A stretch of 64,000 bases of DNA from the NCBI RefSeq assembly GCF_963853765.1, contig NC_088855.1, positions 47,864,001 to 47,928,000 of the forward strand. The letters are read 5' to 3'. The DNA comes from Magallana gigas (lineage: Eukaryota). This document shows, in pieces, positions 35,146 through 48,112 of this stretch. Below the pieces are notes generated by a model. It saw nothing but the letters and a program-made list of their open reading frames with translations, made no database searches and was not told where the DNA came from. Made by a program: the position numbers and the translations under genes. Position 1 is the stretch's first letter. Every line of letters begins with the position of its first letter.

Positions 35146-36141
35146 CCTTTCTGTAACCCAGCGACTGTCAGTCCGAACACCAAAGTAAAAATTCATGACA
35201 ACTTTTCTTTTCTCAAATTTGGTAAAAATATCAATAGAATGAAGTAGCAAAATATATGTATAATTTACAGGAAACACCCGGTTGGAAATAAGTTCATTAG
35301 ATATACTTAATTAGATAGCACAGAACACCGGGGGTTCTGTACACAAGGCTGAAGCTACCAACCACTAACAGCAGCCACTAACCCCGTAGAACCTAGCAGC
35401 CAATAAGGAAATTCATCAAGGTACTGAGAATTCTCGAACAGAAAATTATATTTTACTTTATTATGAATTAATATCGAGACGATTTATTCATGAATAATTT
35501 CTCTGAGCATTGACAGCTTCGGAGGCAGTAGAGCTAACCTAGATAAAATCAACAATGCGTTTGTGTCTAATGATTTCTGTTCAATATCGGTATTTGTCTA
35601 TACATTGATCTAAATTTTGTCTAAAAATTGATCCCCATGTCTGATCACTCTTCTCCAAAATTAACATGCATCGATAATCATAAAACTCCTCGTATTGTTA
35701 CGAAAATGGGAGAGTCAGACATCTTTCATTGTGATTTTATTCTCATCCAAAAATCAGCATCAATCGCACAGAAAAAGGTTAGAAATCTGAAGATGAATTA
35801 AGGAATATTTTGTGTCAGCCATATTTTGAAGTGAACCTTCAAGAAAATTTACAAGAGACTAACTAGCTCACCCGAACATTGACATTTTTTAGCACTACAC
35901 AATGATATAGGGGTGAAAAGTCGTTCCAGGGCAGTGTAGGGGACCTATTGGGCACTATTTCCCGCTCTCATTTGGGCTGAAGAAGTACCACCAAGTGGTT
36001 TCCAGGGGTTCGGGCTCATTTCAGGGCTTCATATCTGACTTGAGTTTGATCACAAGAACTTGGAAACACTAGGATTAGGTAGAGGACCTCAGGAGGTGGT
36101 CATAATATGCGTTAGAGGGCATGAAATGCTCATTTTTTCAT

Positions 36142-37791
36142 AACAAGAGGCCAATTGGCCTTAACGGTCACCAGAGTAGCATATATCCAATACACAAACT
36201 TGTCATGGAGTCTCATATATGCATCTAATTAATTAGGTTTCATACTGGAGTAGAAAAATTATAAATTTGTAATGACAACCACATTTAATTCAAAAAGAAC
36301 TGTGAAACCTATAATTTTGGTGAAAAACTAAAAGATCTGGTCTACAAAATAATGAATTTAGTTTTCCTTTCAGGTGTGTGGGGGTAAAGAAGATAATGTT
36401 TTAACGTTATATGCAATAGCATCTATACATCCATTTTGGCCCTGCCCTATAGTCAAAACCCATACCCCAGGGGACATGAAAATTAAAATTTCAGTAGAGG
36501 ACTTCCTGGTAAACATAATTATTAGTCGGTTTTTTTATACAGATGTGTGAGAATAGAGAAGAAGATTTTTAAACATTATATGCATTAACACTTTATTGCC
36601 ATATTGCCCCCCCCCCCTCATGTCCTGAACCCCTGACCCAGGGGCCATGAATTTCACAATTTAGGTAAAGGAGATTGTGGATATCATAACCATGTATTCA
36701 GTTTTTTGCCCACATGTGTGGGAGTAGAGAAGAAGATTTTTTAAGATTTAAATCATTTTTACTATATGGCCATATTGGCCCCACCCTAGAGCATGAACAC
36801 CTAACAAAGGGGTCATGAATTTCACAATTTTAGTAGAGAGCCTCATGGACATCATAATCATGCATTTAGTTTTTAACAAATATATATGGGAGTAGAGAAG
36901 AAGATTTTCCAAGATTTAATACATTTTGACTATTTGGACATTTCGACCCCACCCTAGAGCCTGAACCCCTGACCGAGGGGTCATGAATTTCACAATTAAA
37001 GTAGAGGGCTTCATGGACATCATAACCATGCATTTAGTTTTTAACAAATATATATGGGAGTAGAGAAGAAGATTTTCTGAGATTTAATACATTTTTACTA
37101 TTTGGCCATATTGGCCCCACCCTAAAGCCTGAACCCCTGACCCAGTGGTCATGAATTTCACAATTTAGGTAGAGGGCTTCATGGACATCATAATCATGCA
37201 TTTAGTATTTAACAAATATATATGAGAGTAGAGAAGAAGATTTTCTAAGATTTAATACATTTTTACTACATGGCCATATTGGCCCCACCCTAAAGCCTGA
37301 ACCCCTGACCGAGGGGTCATGAATTTCACAATTAAGGTAGAGGGCTTCATGGACATCATAACCATGCATTTAGTTTTTAACAAATATATATGGGAGTAGA
37401 GAAGAAGATTTTCTAAGATTTAATACATTTTTACTATATGGCCATATTGGCCCCACCCTAGAGCCAGAACCCCTGACCCAGGGGCCATAAATTTCACAAT
37501 TTTGGTAGAGGGCTTCATGGACATCATAACCATGCATTCAGTTTTTTCCTCACTTGTGTGGAAGTAGAGAAGAAGATTTTTGAAAATTTGGCTTTTTTTG
37601 TATATTGGGCCCCGCCCGTGGCACCCCAGGGGTGGTAGAGCCATAAATTTCACAATTTAGATTCTTCTTACCATAGAGATGCTTCACACCAAAAATGGTA
37701 ACGATTGGCCTGGTAGTTTTCAAGAAGAAGTTAAAAATGTAAAATTGTTAACGCACGACGCACGACGCACGACGACGGACGAAGACCAATT

Positions 37792-37828
<37 letters not shown>
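36142..37828 (-). mobile_element. Non-autonomous Helentron (HINE) carrying a 168-bp satellite-like array (~5.5 copies)
   Basis: Right end: perfect hairpin aggtcacctgag-tga-ctcaggtgacct, an A-run and a (GACGCAC/GACG) microsatellite. Left end: aacaag, palindrome aggccaattggcct and subterminal ggtcaccagag. The motif gatttaatacat recurs at 36913, 37081, 37249 and 37417. Confidence 0.8.
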
Positions 37829-37829
<1 letters not shown>

Positions 37830-38613
37830 GAGTCAGTGTGCAAAGAAGGATATCTACTATATGATCTTATAACATCAAAATATTTAACTTAAAAAACTAT
37901 TTCCTTGTAATTGTGTCTTGTGTCAATGGCAGAAATCTTCCTATCGACACGGAAATGTACATACAATGTAAATGGTTTGACATATATGTTATATACCACA
38001 GAGAATTTTCTTTTTTCTAAGATTGAAACATTTAGGGAATTTTGCTGAATTTTAATTCTACCAATATTTCTCATGCTCAAAACTAACAGTTATACAAAAG
38101 ATAAACCAAAATATGTTAATGTTGGCATCAATTGACGCCCGATAAATATATAAATCAAATAGAAATCTGTTCATTTTATTAGAATAGAATGTACATAAAT
38201 GTTGAAATTGATATGATTGTAAAATGATTGATAAAATACGGGTATTGTGTGACAATACTGGATGCGAAAAGAGGTGACATTTTTTGAATAGTTTTAATTC
38301 ATAGAAGAGACATTCATTATCTTAAAAATAAGATTGTGATTTCCAAAGTTCTAATTTGACCCAACAATCAAGAAACTAAACAAATGGGCATCATTGGCAA
38401 TAAAGCTGCTAAGATCAACCTTATTCGACTGACGATCTATAGTAATTTGCTCAGAACCTATCTGGTAAAGAAAAGTTCATGATCTCTTAAATCATTTTTG
38501 GTCACGTGTACCAAGAGTTCAAAAATCAGCAACAAACAAAAAACAAAACCTACATTCTAAAAATTCTTCTGAAAAGTAAAAGTATTTGGTATACAACATT
38601 CGTCAAAACCTAT

Positions 38614-40728
38614 TCATTTACGCATGAATAATACCAGTCTCTTCCAAAATAATTTGTTCCCGTTAGCATTTGTAGTCCATTCGACACTTTCAGCTTCTTT
38701 TAACAATGTTTTAAGAGCTATTGTGAAATGTTTGGAATCTATATCATTCAAAAGAATGAGAAGAATGTTGTCTTTATTTCCATCGGCTAATTGGTGGTTT
38801 GCTATTATAGTTTCAAATTGACACCACTGATCTTCCATGAAATTATTCGAAAGAACTAAAATAAGCTTACGACTAGATTCTATGTTGTCAAAAATATTAT
38901 CCACATGAGAACCTATCGGTAGAAAGTTTCTTTCGTGAAGACACAACTTGTAGTTTTCTTTTTTCTCCAAAATGTCGACGAGCTCTGACATTATCCACTT
39001 CCGGTCATGCGTATTATATGCAACAAAACCATCATATTCTTTAGTACCTCTGTCCACAAGTCTCTGATATCCCCTTCGTCTTCCATGGGTACAGTTATGT
39101 ATATAATATAATATGTCCCATCGGAATTTTCTAATAAGTACGAAAATAAACAAGAAAACAAACACAAATGACCCAATCGTCGCGCCTATAACAATAGTAC
39201 GATTCAACACATGACATTTCATTTCTAGGGAATGCAAATTATCTCCAATAAATCTACTTTTCCATTCTTTTGGTGAATCGCATTGGTTATCTTTGTACTT
39301 TTGAACGTGTTTTCTATTTCTTTTTGACCACTTAATGAACCATTCAAGGTCGCAATCGCAGGCAAAAGGGTTAAACGAGACGTCTATGGAAAGATTTGGG
39401 TTATTCCAGATTTCATCTGTAAATGATTCCTCTCGCAAAGAGGTGAGTTGATTTTTACGAAGAATTATTTCACTGATGACTGAATTGTTTTCAAACAAAT
39501 CCTGATGAATATGACGTATAAAATTTCCATTTAAATTCAGAGACTTGAGATGGGGAAGATGCGAAATAAAAGGAGCAAAGTTTAAGGAACAATGCCGTAA
39601 CATAAGTTCTCGAAGATCTTGCAGAGGTAGTAACATTCTATAAAAATCCTCCTTGTCAAAATTTGAAAAGTCAAAATTCGACATATCTAATGTTCGAAGA
39701 TTTGGACAATTTTTGAAAATAGTTTCATATCGCAGCAATTCTTTTGTAACTCGTTTTGGACTGCCAAAGAACAATGCAGTGAGAGACATTGACCGAAAAG
39801 CCTCCTCTTCAATCAACAGATCGTAAGTTAACATATTTTCTAATCGTAATTTCTCCAGACTTCTTATTGTTGAAAAAGCATTACTTTTAATGATACTGAT
39901 GGCATTGAAAGATAAATTTAGATATTTTAACTCTGGTAAACAATGACCTTGGCGATAGAATTCAAGCGAGTCTGAAATGTGATTTATTGCTAGCCACATT
40001 TTCTTTAGTCTTGGAACTAACGATTTGTTTTTTGCATCACACATATTTGGAATGCCGGAAAGTTCGTTTAACGTTAGGTTCAAACGGGAGATGTTGTGAA
40101 GTCCCTCCATATTCATTGCAAGTATCTTGTTATTACTTAAATCTAAAGTACGTAAATTGTTGAGATTCTGGAAAGAGAATCCACTAACATTGACCAAGTT
40201 CCAGTTTTGGAGTTGGAGAGAATTGAGAGAACTGTTTCTTTCTAAACTCTCGAACGCATTTACAGGAAGTGTAGACGGTGCTTGTTTGACGTCCGATATG
40301 TTTAGGGCTTCTATACATGAGCTGTTCAACTTCTCTAAAACCAGACGAGTATTTTTGTAAGAAATGTTATTTTTAGAGAGATCAAGCTGTCTGATATTTT
40401 GGACAGAAAGGAAAGCCTCAGGTGATATATATTTCACTTGGCATCTGCTAAGACTTAACCTCTCTATTTTCAGTGACTCGATGGGTTTTAAAAAGGCTGT
40501 CCTGATATTCATAAAAGTGTTTCCCGACAGGATTAAATTTGTAGTTGTTATTGGAAGCTGATTTTCGAGACGATGCAAAGACTCCAAGTTCCTGTCAGAA
40601 CAGTCGGTAGTTGTATTTGTGCACAAACAAGGTGTATTGGGACAAAGGTTGACTGAGGAACATTTGGTGTGGAAAACGACGACAATCACTGCTAGTATCC
40701 ATGACGCATTTGCATTATTTAAAGCCAT
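38614..40728 (-). CDS. Toll-like receptor, paralog A (704 aa), single-cysteine-cluster architecture
   Basis: Signal peptide, LRRNT (CPNTPCLC), LRRs, LRRCT (NPFACDCDLEWF...C...C), TM helix and TIR (YDGFVAYN; LCLHERNF; LFW). The true ATG is at 40728, 3 nt after the tttcag acceptor; the ORF-track extension to 40791 is intronic. Confidence 0.95.
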   Translation of the reverse strand: MALNNANASWILAVIVVVFHTKCSSVNLCPNTPCLCTNTTTDCSDRNLESLHRLENQLPITTTNLILSGNTFMNIRTAFLKPIESLKIERLSLSRCQVKYISPEAFLSVQNIRQLDLSKNNISYKNTRLVLEKLNSSCIEALNISDVKQAPSTLPVNAFESLERNSSLNSLQLQNWNLVNVSGFSFQNLNNLRTLDLSNNKILAMNMEGLHNISRLNLTLNELSGIPNMCDAKNKSLVPRLKKMWLAINHISDSLEFYRQGHCLPELKYLNLSFNAISIIKSNAFSTIRSLEKLRLENMLTYDLLIEEEAFRSMSLTALFFGSPKRVTKELLRYETIFKNCPNLRTLDMSNFDFSNFDKEDFYRMLLPLQDLRELMLRHCSLNFAPFISHLPHLKSLNLNGNFIRHIHQDLFENNSVISEIILRKNQLTSLREESFTDEIWNNPNLSIDVSFNPFACDCDLEWFIKWSKRNRKHVQKYKDNQCDSPKEWKSRFIGDNLHSLEMKCHVLNRTIVIGATIGSFVFVFLFIFVLIRKFRWDILYYIHNCTHGRRRGYQRLVDRGTKEYDGFVAYNTHDRKWIMSELVDILEKKENYKLCLHERNFLPIGSHVDNIFDNIESSRKLILVLSNNFMEDQWCQFETIIANHQLADGNKDNILLILLNDIDSKHFTIALKTLLKEAESVEWTTNANGNKLFWKRLVLFMRK

Positions 40729-41390
40729 AACCTGAAAGAGGATGTAAATTTCTCTAAAATAATTTTGTATAAGAAATACAATCTTAGTCAAACGTACTAG
40801 AAACTTGATTTTGGTTACTTATCAACTAAAAGCACAATGGAAAATAGTACATGACAGAAACGTGTATTTTCGAAGGAATTGTAAAAGTAATGAAATTTTC
40901 TAGAACAAAAATCAATAACTTTGTACTTATTGTTGTAGAAGTCCTCTTTTGAATGTTATTATTGTAATCTCCAATAAAAGCTGACACACTATAAATGTTT
41001 TACACGTATTAGAACATGGACCCTAATCGAGTTTATACCATCATTTCCGCCTATTCATTCGAGTAAAGCGACAAAACAATCCGATCATATTCTTTTCGTG
41101 ACTTCCATGAGGTTGGTCACACCAAGATCCTTCCTAACCTCACATTGCCTTGTTTGCTTCACCTAGCGAATGAATGATTTTGTGTCCTCCTTACATCTAC
41201 TTGTTCATGTTGCAACATAAAAGGAAGGAAGAAACTAATTAAAATATTTACCAGCTCTTCGAAAGCCAGTCAATGAGTCAATATATTTCCCATGTTGCTA
41301 GGAAAAAATAAAATTTATCATGATTCTAAAGGCTGATTAGACATATCATATCTACAAGATTGAATCCAGCCGTGGCAAAATGTGCGGTTT
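40729..41390 (-). repeat. Duplicated upstream/intron block shared by TLR A and TLR B
   Basis: Aligns by eye with 46334-47030 (e.g. acttgattttggttactt; aaggaattgtaaaagtaatgaaat; gaaagccagtcaatgagtcaa; tctacaagattgaatc). Not seen upstream of TLR C. Confidence 0.8.
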
Positions 41391-41599
41391 TTTTCCCTTT
41401 CTCTGCGACTAAGAATTACCTTCTATACAAATTAAGTTATTTTTAACATAATAATTATGCACGTATATTTCTAAATGCAAGCTTTTTTAGAGTATGGCAA
41501 TTTGACTAACATTCGTCAAAACTGAATATGTTCACTCAAGTTTACACAAGTGTGTAAATGGACATACTTATGTGCTAACTTTTATGAGAACATTAAAAT

Positions 41600-41600
<1 letters not shown>

Positions 41601-41657
<57 letters not shown>
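41601..41657. repeat. (TA)n microsatellite
   Basis: Perfect TA run. Confidence 0.95.
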
Positions 41658-41663
<6 letters not shown>

Positions 41664-43068
41664 GGAAATTTGATTTACAGTCAACTCCGTTTCTCTCGAT
41701 TAAAGCATTAACAAATAATTATAGGATCATGTTGTGTTCTGATATGCTAACAATTATCTTCCGGGTAACTTTTTATATCAGCCTTTCAGTCTCCACATTA
41801 TCTGTGATTTTTCCTGCTCGATCAACGACAATTTAGATGAAATTTGCACACGTAGGAACAACAGGCCATCAGGCAAAATAAATATTTGCAACATCCGAAC
41901 ACTGTCATTGATTAACAGATAATATGGACTGTAGATAGTGTTGAATAAATTATTTTTAAAAACAGATAGACGGCCGACGATTTTTAAGGCAAAATTTGGC
42001 GACAGTCGGCAGTTCATTGGGTGTTGTATTGGCCAATATCGACTTCTATTTTCAGTGGCCGACCATTTTTTCGTTCGTTGGGCCAAGTTATATTTTTTTC
42101 TGCGCCGGTGGCCGATTTTTCAGTTTTAGTAGACGCAGACACCGAATGACGACCGAATATCGACAAGTCGACTAATCTTTCGATAACTAAATGAGTATAT
42201 CCATACTTGTTTAGCATTAGCAGGCGGACAACGCTATGCTTTTTTTGGACTATTGTAGCGATATTTACGTGGTTACACATTCAGCAGTAGGGGACCTGTT
42301 TATGTAACTGGCTGACTGTGACAATCCCACTGTGGACTAGCGCTCGATTATCGACTCTATTGAACGGTGTTCATAGAAATTGACTGCTCCGCTCTCAGCG
42401 ATCATGTTTCTTCAACCGACGATACGAGAAAAACTTGTTCGTCTTCCTACCGAAAAAAATGTCCTAAACATACCTTTACATCATCTCAAATAGTATTTGT
42501 AATTTTAAAAATCTTTTAAAAACTCGTTTTTGTAAAAACATGCTTATTTGATTCCTGAAAGATACCAAAAATCTGCATGGACCTAAATGTTTGTATTGAC
42601 CTGCTCTACAAATTTCTTTTTTCATATTTGGTGAAAAATTTAATGCTTTGAAATCCTTGCATTGAGCTTCTAGTGGCTGTTTGTTTTATACAGTTATAGT
42701 TCTAGTTTTCACAAGACTATTCCATAATTATCATGTACGAAATGGGGTCAGATAATCAGTAAAGTTATACACTTATATTGTATTCAATCTTCTGAAACGG
42801 GGGGCTAAATGGTAAAAAGTTTTTAACCATTTCGCAATCAAGAGCCAGGGTGTAAAGGCCTTTTCCTTTCTTTCGATTGCAACAGAAGTTCAGTGTATCA
42901 TGATATGAAAAGACAAATAACAAAAAACAACCATTATTGCAATTAATAATTATAACGATCAAAGTAAGTATATTACCTGAATCAGAGTAGTTTAACAAAA
43001 CAAAATAATGCTTTGATTACATGATAAAAAGCTAGTTGCATCTCGATTAAGGGTTTTCTTCAATGTAT

Positions 43069-43556
43069 TTAAAGGGGCATGATCACGATTTGGTCAAATT
43101 CTTTTTTTCTTTTTTAATAAGTTACAATGCTTTAGAAATGCATTTTAATGATAAAATGAAATTTGAGTGTCAGTCGTAGATTTAATAGCAAGATACAGGA
43201 TTCACAATTCACAAGTCTCGTGCCCTGTGTTTGTTTACATAGGTTCAATATACCAGAAAAAATCTTTTTCAAACTGATTTGTCCATCTTCTTACTCATTT
43301 TAAAGCATAAAAAGAGTTTCTAATTAATGTTAAGCACATTCATTTTAAGTCAAAAAGCAGATTTTTCATTTCGACATTTAAAATGTAAACAAAAGCTTTG
43401 TTTACATAGCAAAGAATTGTAAGCTCTGTAACTCGCATATAACTCAACGAACGACACTCCATTTTTGGTTGCCTATTTCAAATGCCTTAGTGAAGCAATG
43501 TAAACATTTAAATCGGAAAATAAATTTTGACCTAAATCGTGACCATGCCCCTTTAA
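43069..43556. mobile_element. TTAA-flanked MITE, family C copy 2
   Basis: ttaa-aggggcatgatcacgatttggtca ... gacctaaatcgtgaccatgcccct-ttaa. Confidence 0.8.
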
Positions 43557-44215
43557 TCGAAAAAGTTGTTTTTATCTGTTTAAGTTAAAAGAACAACCTT
43601 CTTCGTTGCTGCAAAAAGATATTTAAAGCATGATGTGTAGGTTATATTTAAAAAAATTTAAACGAAAAGGTTGAGGAACTGATGAGTTTCGATTCAGGTG
43701 CATAACATGAGAGCTAAATTTACGAAACCATTTAATAGAATAAAGTTTTAATTTTTATTTTGTTTTACTTCTGTTTACTTCAATTGTAAGCTAAATGAAA
43801 AATTACAGAACATATATACATTCTACAAAAAAATATTATGTAACAGCAATCAAATGAATAGGATTTTTTAAATAGCTCCTCTACGATACAGTATACAAAA
43901 TACATCTTTGTATAATACAGCATCGACTTAAAAAAAAACAACTTGCTGGTGTCAATTGCAAATGAAACAAAATAGGATTTTTCAGTATGTACTATCAATC
44001 ATGTTACAGCATCCCAGATTTATTTTCAAAATGTCTTCAAGAAACAAAAGCATAAGCATTATTTACAATTTAGAGGGTAAAATACACACATGCCATAGTT
44101 ATCCTCTTTCTTTTTTTTAAATCACTTAATTTTTAGAATTGCCTTTCGTATCAAAACGTTACTTATAAATTTAAAAAACCGATGAAAAAAAAAACGAGGA
44201 TATTGGCAGCAAAAG

Positions 44216-46333
44216 TTAATATTTCTGCATAAAAGAATTTATTTTTTTCCAAAATAATTTGATCCCATTATCGTTTGTTGTCCATTCGACACTTTTAGCT
44301 TCTTTTAATAACGTTTTCAAAGCGATGGTGAAATGTTCGGAATCTATATCATTCAAAAGAATAAGTAAAATTTTGTCTTTATTTCCGTCGGCTAATTGGT
44401 GGTTTGCAATTACAGTTTCAAACTGACACCACTGATCTTCCATGAAATTATTCGAAAGAACTAATATAAACTTACGACTAGATTCTATGTTGTCAAAAAT
44501 ATTATCCACATGAGAACCTATCGGTAAAAAGTTTCTTTCGTGAAGACACAACTTGTAGTTTTCTTTTTTCTCCAAAATGTCGACAAGTTCCGACATAATC
44601 CATTTTCGGTCATGCGTATTATATGCAACAAAACCGTCATATTCTTTAGTATTTGTGTCCAAAAGTCTCTGATATCCCCTTCGTCTTCCATGAGTAAAGT
44701 TATGTAAATAATATAATATATCCCATCGGAATTTTCTGATAAGTACAAAAGCAAATAAGAAAATAAACACAAATGACCCCGTCATCAAGCCTATTACAAT
44801 GGCACGATTCAAAACATGGCACGTCATTTTAAGAGAATTCAGATGACCCCCTATGTGGCTAGTTTTCCATTCCTTTGGTGAATCACACTGGTTTTCTTCG
44901 TATTTATTCACGTGATTGATATTTTTGCTTGACCACTGAATGAACCATTCGAGATCACAGTCGCATGCAAATGGATTATATGAAACATCTATGGATAGAT
45001 TTGGGTTGTTCCAGATGGTCTCTGTAAACGAGTCCTGTTTAATAGTTGTGAGATGGTTTTTTCGAAGAATTATTTCACCAAGTTCAGAATTGTTTTGAAA
45101 CAAATCCCGGTCGATGTAACGTATGAAATTTCCTTTTAAATTAATAGACTTCAGATTGGAAAGGTGCGAAGTGGGAGGAACAAAATTCAAAGAACAGTGA
45201 CGCAACATAAGATTTTCCAGATTCTTCAATGGTAGTAACATGTTATAAAAATCATCCCTGTCAAAACTTAAGAAATCAAAATGCGATACATCTAAAGTTT
45301 TGAGCTTTGGGCAATTGTTGAAAATGGTCTTATGTTTCAGCAACTGCTTTGTATCTCTTTTGGGCATGCTTATAAAAAGTTCAATCAAAGATATCGACCG
45401 AAAAGCATCTTCCTCAATCAACAAATCGTAAGTTAACATATTTTCCAGTCCTAATTTCTCCAGTTTTGATATGGTAGAAAAAGCGTTATTTTTTATAATA
45501 CTTATTGCATTAAAGGATAGATTAAGATATCTTAATTCTGGTAAACAATGGCCTTGGCGACAGAATTCTGACGAGTCCGATATATGATTAATTGCGAGCC
45601 ACAAATACATCAGTTTCGGAACCAACGATTCATTGTTTGCATTACACATTTTTGGTAGCCAGGGTAGTTCGTTTAAAGTTAGATTAAGATGAGTAACTTT
45701 ATCAAGTCCGTTCATGTTTAAGGCAAGTATCTTGTTATTACTCAGATCCAACGTATTTAAGTTGGTCAGATTTTGAAATGCCGCTCCATCAACTTGCACC
45801 AAATTCCAGTTTTGGAGTTGAAGAGATTTGAGAGAACTGTTCCCTTCAAAACTCTCGAACGCATTTACAGGAAGTGTAGACGGTGCGTGTTTGACGTCCG
45901 ATATGTTTAAGGCTTGTATACATGAACTATTCAACATCTCCAAAACCAAAAATATGTTACTGTAATTCAGATTATTTCTTGAGAGGTCCAACTGTTTTAT
46001 ATGTGGGAAGAAACGAAATGCTTTAGGTGATATATATTTCACTTGACATCTACAGAGACTTATCTTCTCTATTTTCAATGACTCAATGGGTTTGAAAAAG
46101 AATTGACTGACATTCATAAAAACGTTTCCTGACAGGATTATATTTGTAGTTGTTTTCGGAAGTTGATTTTCGAGAAGTTGCAACGACTCCAAGTTCCTGT
46201 CAGAACAGTCGGTAGTTGTATTTGTGCACAAACATGGTGTGTTGGGACAAAAGTTGATTGAAGAGCATTTGGTATTGAAAACGACGGCGGTCAGCGCTAT
46301 TATCCATGACACATTTGCGTTATTTAAAGCCAT
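44216..46333 (-). CDS. Toll-like receptor, paralog B (705 aa)
   Basis: Same signal-LRRNT-LRR-LRRCT-TM-TIR architecture, with an intact ORF. The ccttag acceptor lies 3 nt before the ATG. Confidence 0.95.
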   Translation of the reverse strand: MALNNANVSWIIALTAVVFNTKCSSINFCPNTPCLCTNTTTDCSDRNLESLQLLENQLPKTTTNIILSGNVFMNVSQFFFKPIESLKIEKISLCRCQVKYISPKAFRFFPHIKQLDLSRNNLNYSNIFLVLEMLNSSCIQALNISDVKHAPSTLPVNAFESFEGNSSLKSLQLQNWNLVQVDGAAFQNLTNLNTLDLSNNKILALNMNGLDKVTHLNLTLNELPWLPKMCNANNESLVPKLMYLWLAINHISDSSEFCRQGHCLPELRYLNLSFNAISIIKNNAFSTISKLEKLGLENMLTYDLLIEEDAFRSISLIELFISMPKRDTKQLLKHKTIFNNCPKLKTLDVSHFDFLSFDRDDFYNMLLPLKNLENLMLRHCSLNFVPPTSHLSNLKSINLKGNFIRYIDRDLFQNNSELGEIILRKNHLTTIKQDSFTETIWNNPNLSIDVSYNPFACDCDLEWFIQWSSKNINHVNKYEENQCDSPKEWKTSHIGGHLNSLKMTCHVLNRAIVIGLMTGSFVFIFLFAFVLIRKFRWDILYYLHNFTHGRRRGYQRLLDTNTKEYDGFVAYNTHDRKWIMSELVDILEKKENYKLCLHERNFLPIGSHVDNIFDNIESSRKFILVLSNNFMEDQWCQFETVIANHQLADGNKDKILLILLNDIDSEHFTIALKTLLKEAKSVEWTTNDNGIKLFWKKINSFMQKY

Positions 46334-48112
46334 GACCTAAGGATGAGGAAATATTCTTACAAATGATTCGTAATAAAAAAAAAACAATCTTAGCCAAAAG
46401 TTACTTGATTTTGGTTACTTGTTAATTAAAGTACAGTCGAAAATGGTAAATGACAGAAAACATGTTTTTCAAAGGAATTGTAAAAGTAATGAAATCGTAT
46501 TAAGATGCTACCTTTTAAAATTTCCTGAAAAACAATTCAAACTTGTACTTAATGTTGTAGAAGCCCACGTTTTAGATGTTCCACCTTTTTGTAAACTCCA
46601 ATAAAAGATTATACACTCCAACTTTTATTACACGTTGCGTATTAAAACATGGGGCACAGTCAAGTTTAAATTAACATTTCCGTCTTTTCATTCAAATAAA
46701 GCGATAAAACCATTTGCTTATATAAATACTTTTCATGACTTTCATAAGATTGGGCACACCAATCTCCTTCCTACCTATAAGTCATTTTGTTTGATTTACA
46801 AAGCGAATGAATGCTTTTATATCCCTCAAGTACCTACTTGTTCATGTTACAATATAAAAGGAAGGAAGAAAGTAATGGAATATTTAGAAGCTTTTCGAAA
46901 GCCAGTCAATGAGTCAAATTTTTTCACGTCGTTGCTAGGAAAATTTAAATTCATCATAATTCGTAAGGCTGATTAGTTATATCACATCTACAAGATTGAA
47001 TCAAGCCATGCCAAAATGTATGTTCCTGCCTTTCTTTGCGAGTAAGGAATTTTATTTAAAGTGCATTCAGGTTTTTAATATGATACCGATTATCCATTTT
47101 CTATACAGTGGGTCATTTTCGCTCCCTCTTATTTTCGCCCTTCTACACTTGCAAACGGTTTCACTCCGTTAATTTGTAACATTGGAAATCGCACAGTCTT
47201 AAATTCGCCTACAGACAACGAGAGTGAAAGGGGTGAAAATAAAATGGAGGAGTATACCTTTCTGAAAACAGAATATTTTCATATGCATAGCTAAGCTTTT
47301 TCAAGTCTCGTGATTACGATAAATAGTATTTACAATTAAAAGACATAAAAGCACTTTTGCAAAATTAAGGCCCGAGGTGGTTCAATTTGCCCACCTCCAG
47401 TTTGAAATGATCAACATCTGGAAGTGCGACAACATCCGGCAGTACTCTTCTCTCATATTCTTACCGGTTCATGTTTACGTATGTATTGTAGTTTAACATA
47501 TTAAACTCATCCATTACTTACATGCATCAAGAATCAGACAGAAGAGTAAAAGACGTATAATCTTCAGCATTTCTCAACATAGCCGTATAAGCACTTGTTT
47601 ATGACGTCATGTAAGACGTCATTTTGTTTTATTGGCATACCTACCCCGAGCTTATTATAGAAGAATAACAAAACACAACACTGTTTTTCAACAGCACTAG
47701 AATTGAATTGAATCTGACAGTCATTTTGTTTTGTTGGAATACCGATCCTGAGCCTATTATAGAAAAATTATAAAATACCGTGTTTCCACAGCATTAGAAT
47801 TTGACAGAGAAATGTTTTTGTATTGACCGAAATACCTGGCAGTGACCAGACACGAATTCAGTCCCATAGTACTTTCGCATGTAACAAAGGTTTGTTTCCC
47901 ATGGGAACAAAATTTTAAATGTCTTTTATGAAGTAAAACAGCATAAACATGAGTGTTGATATAGAGAATGTCAAGTTATAAAGCCGTGAGATTATATCAA
48001 ATCGGGGAAAAATCCTACATGTTTACAAAAAACACTATTTTGATAGGTATTATTGCTTCTAAATTCAATTTAAAACTTCATCACTTTAAAAATGGAATCT
48101 TTATTATCCTAA

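Noticed and set aside
35870-36120. GC-richer patch that looked coding
   Set aside because: The frames I translated on both strands hit stops quickly, and I found no motif or splice pair.
40729-40791. N-terminal extension of TLR A
   Set aside because: It has a non-ATG start, lies upstream of a conserved acceptor, and is absent in B and C.
41778-42280. Overlapping 64-102 aa ORFs in a CpG-richer patch upstream of TLR A
   Set aside because: There is no recognisable domain. The patch may be a repeat or a promoter, but I could not define its ends.
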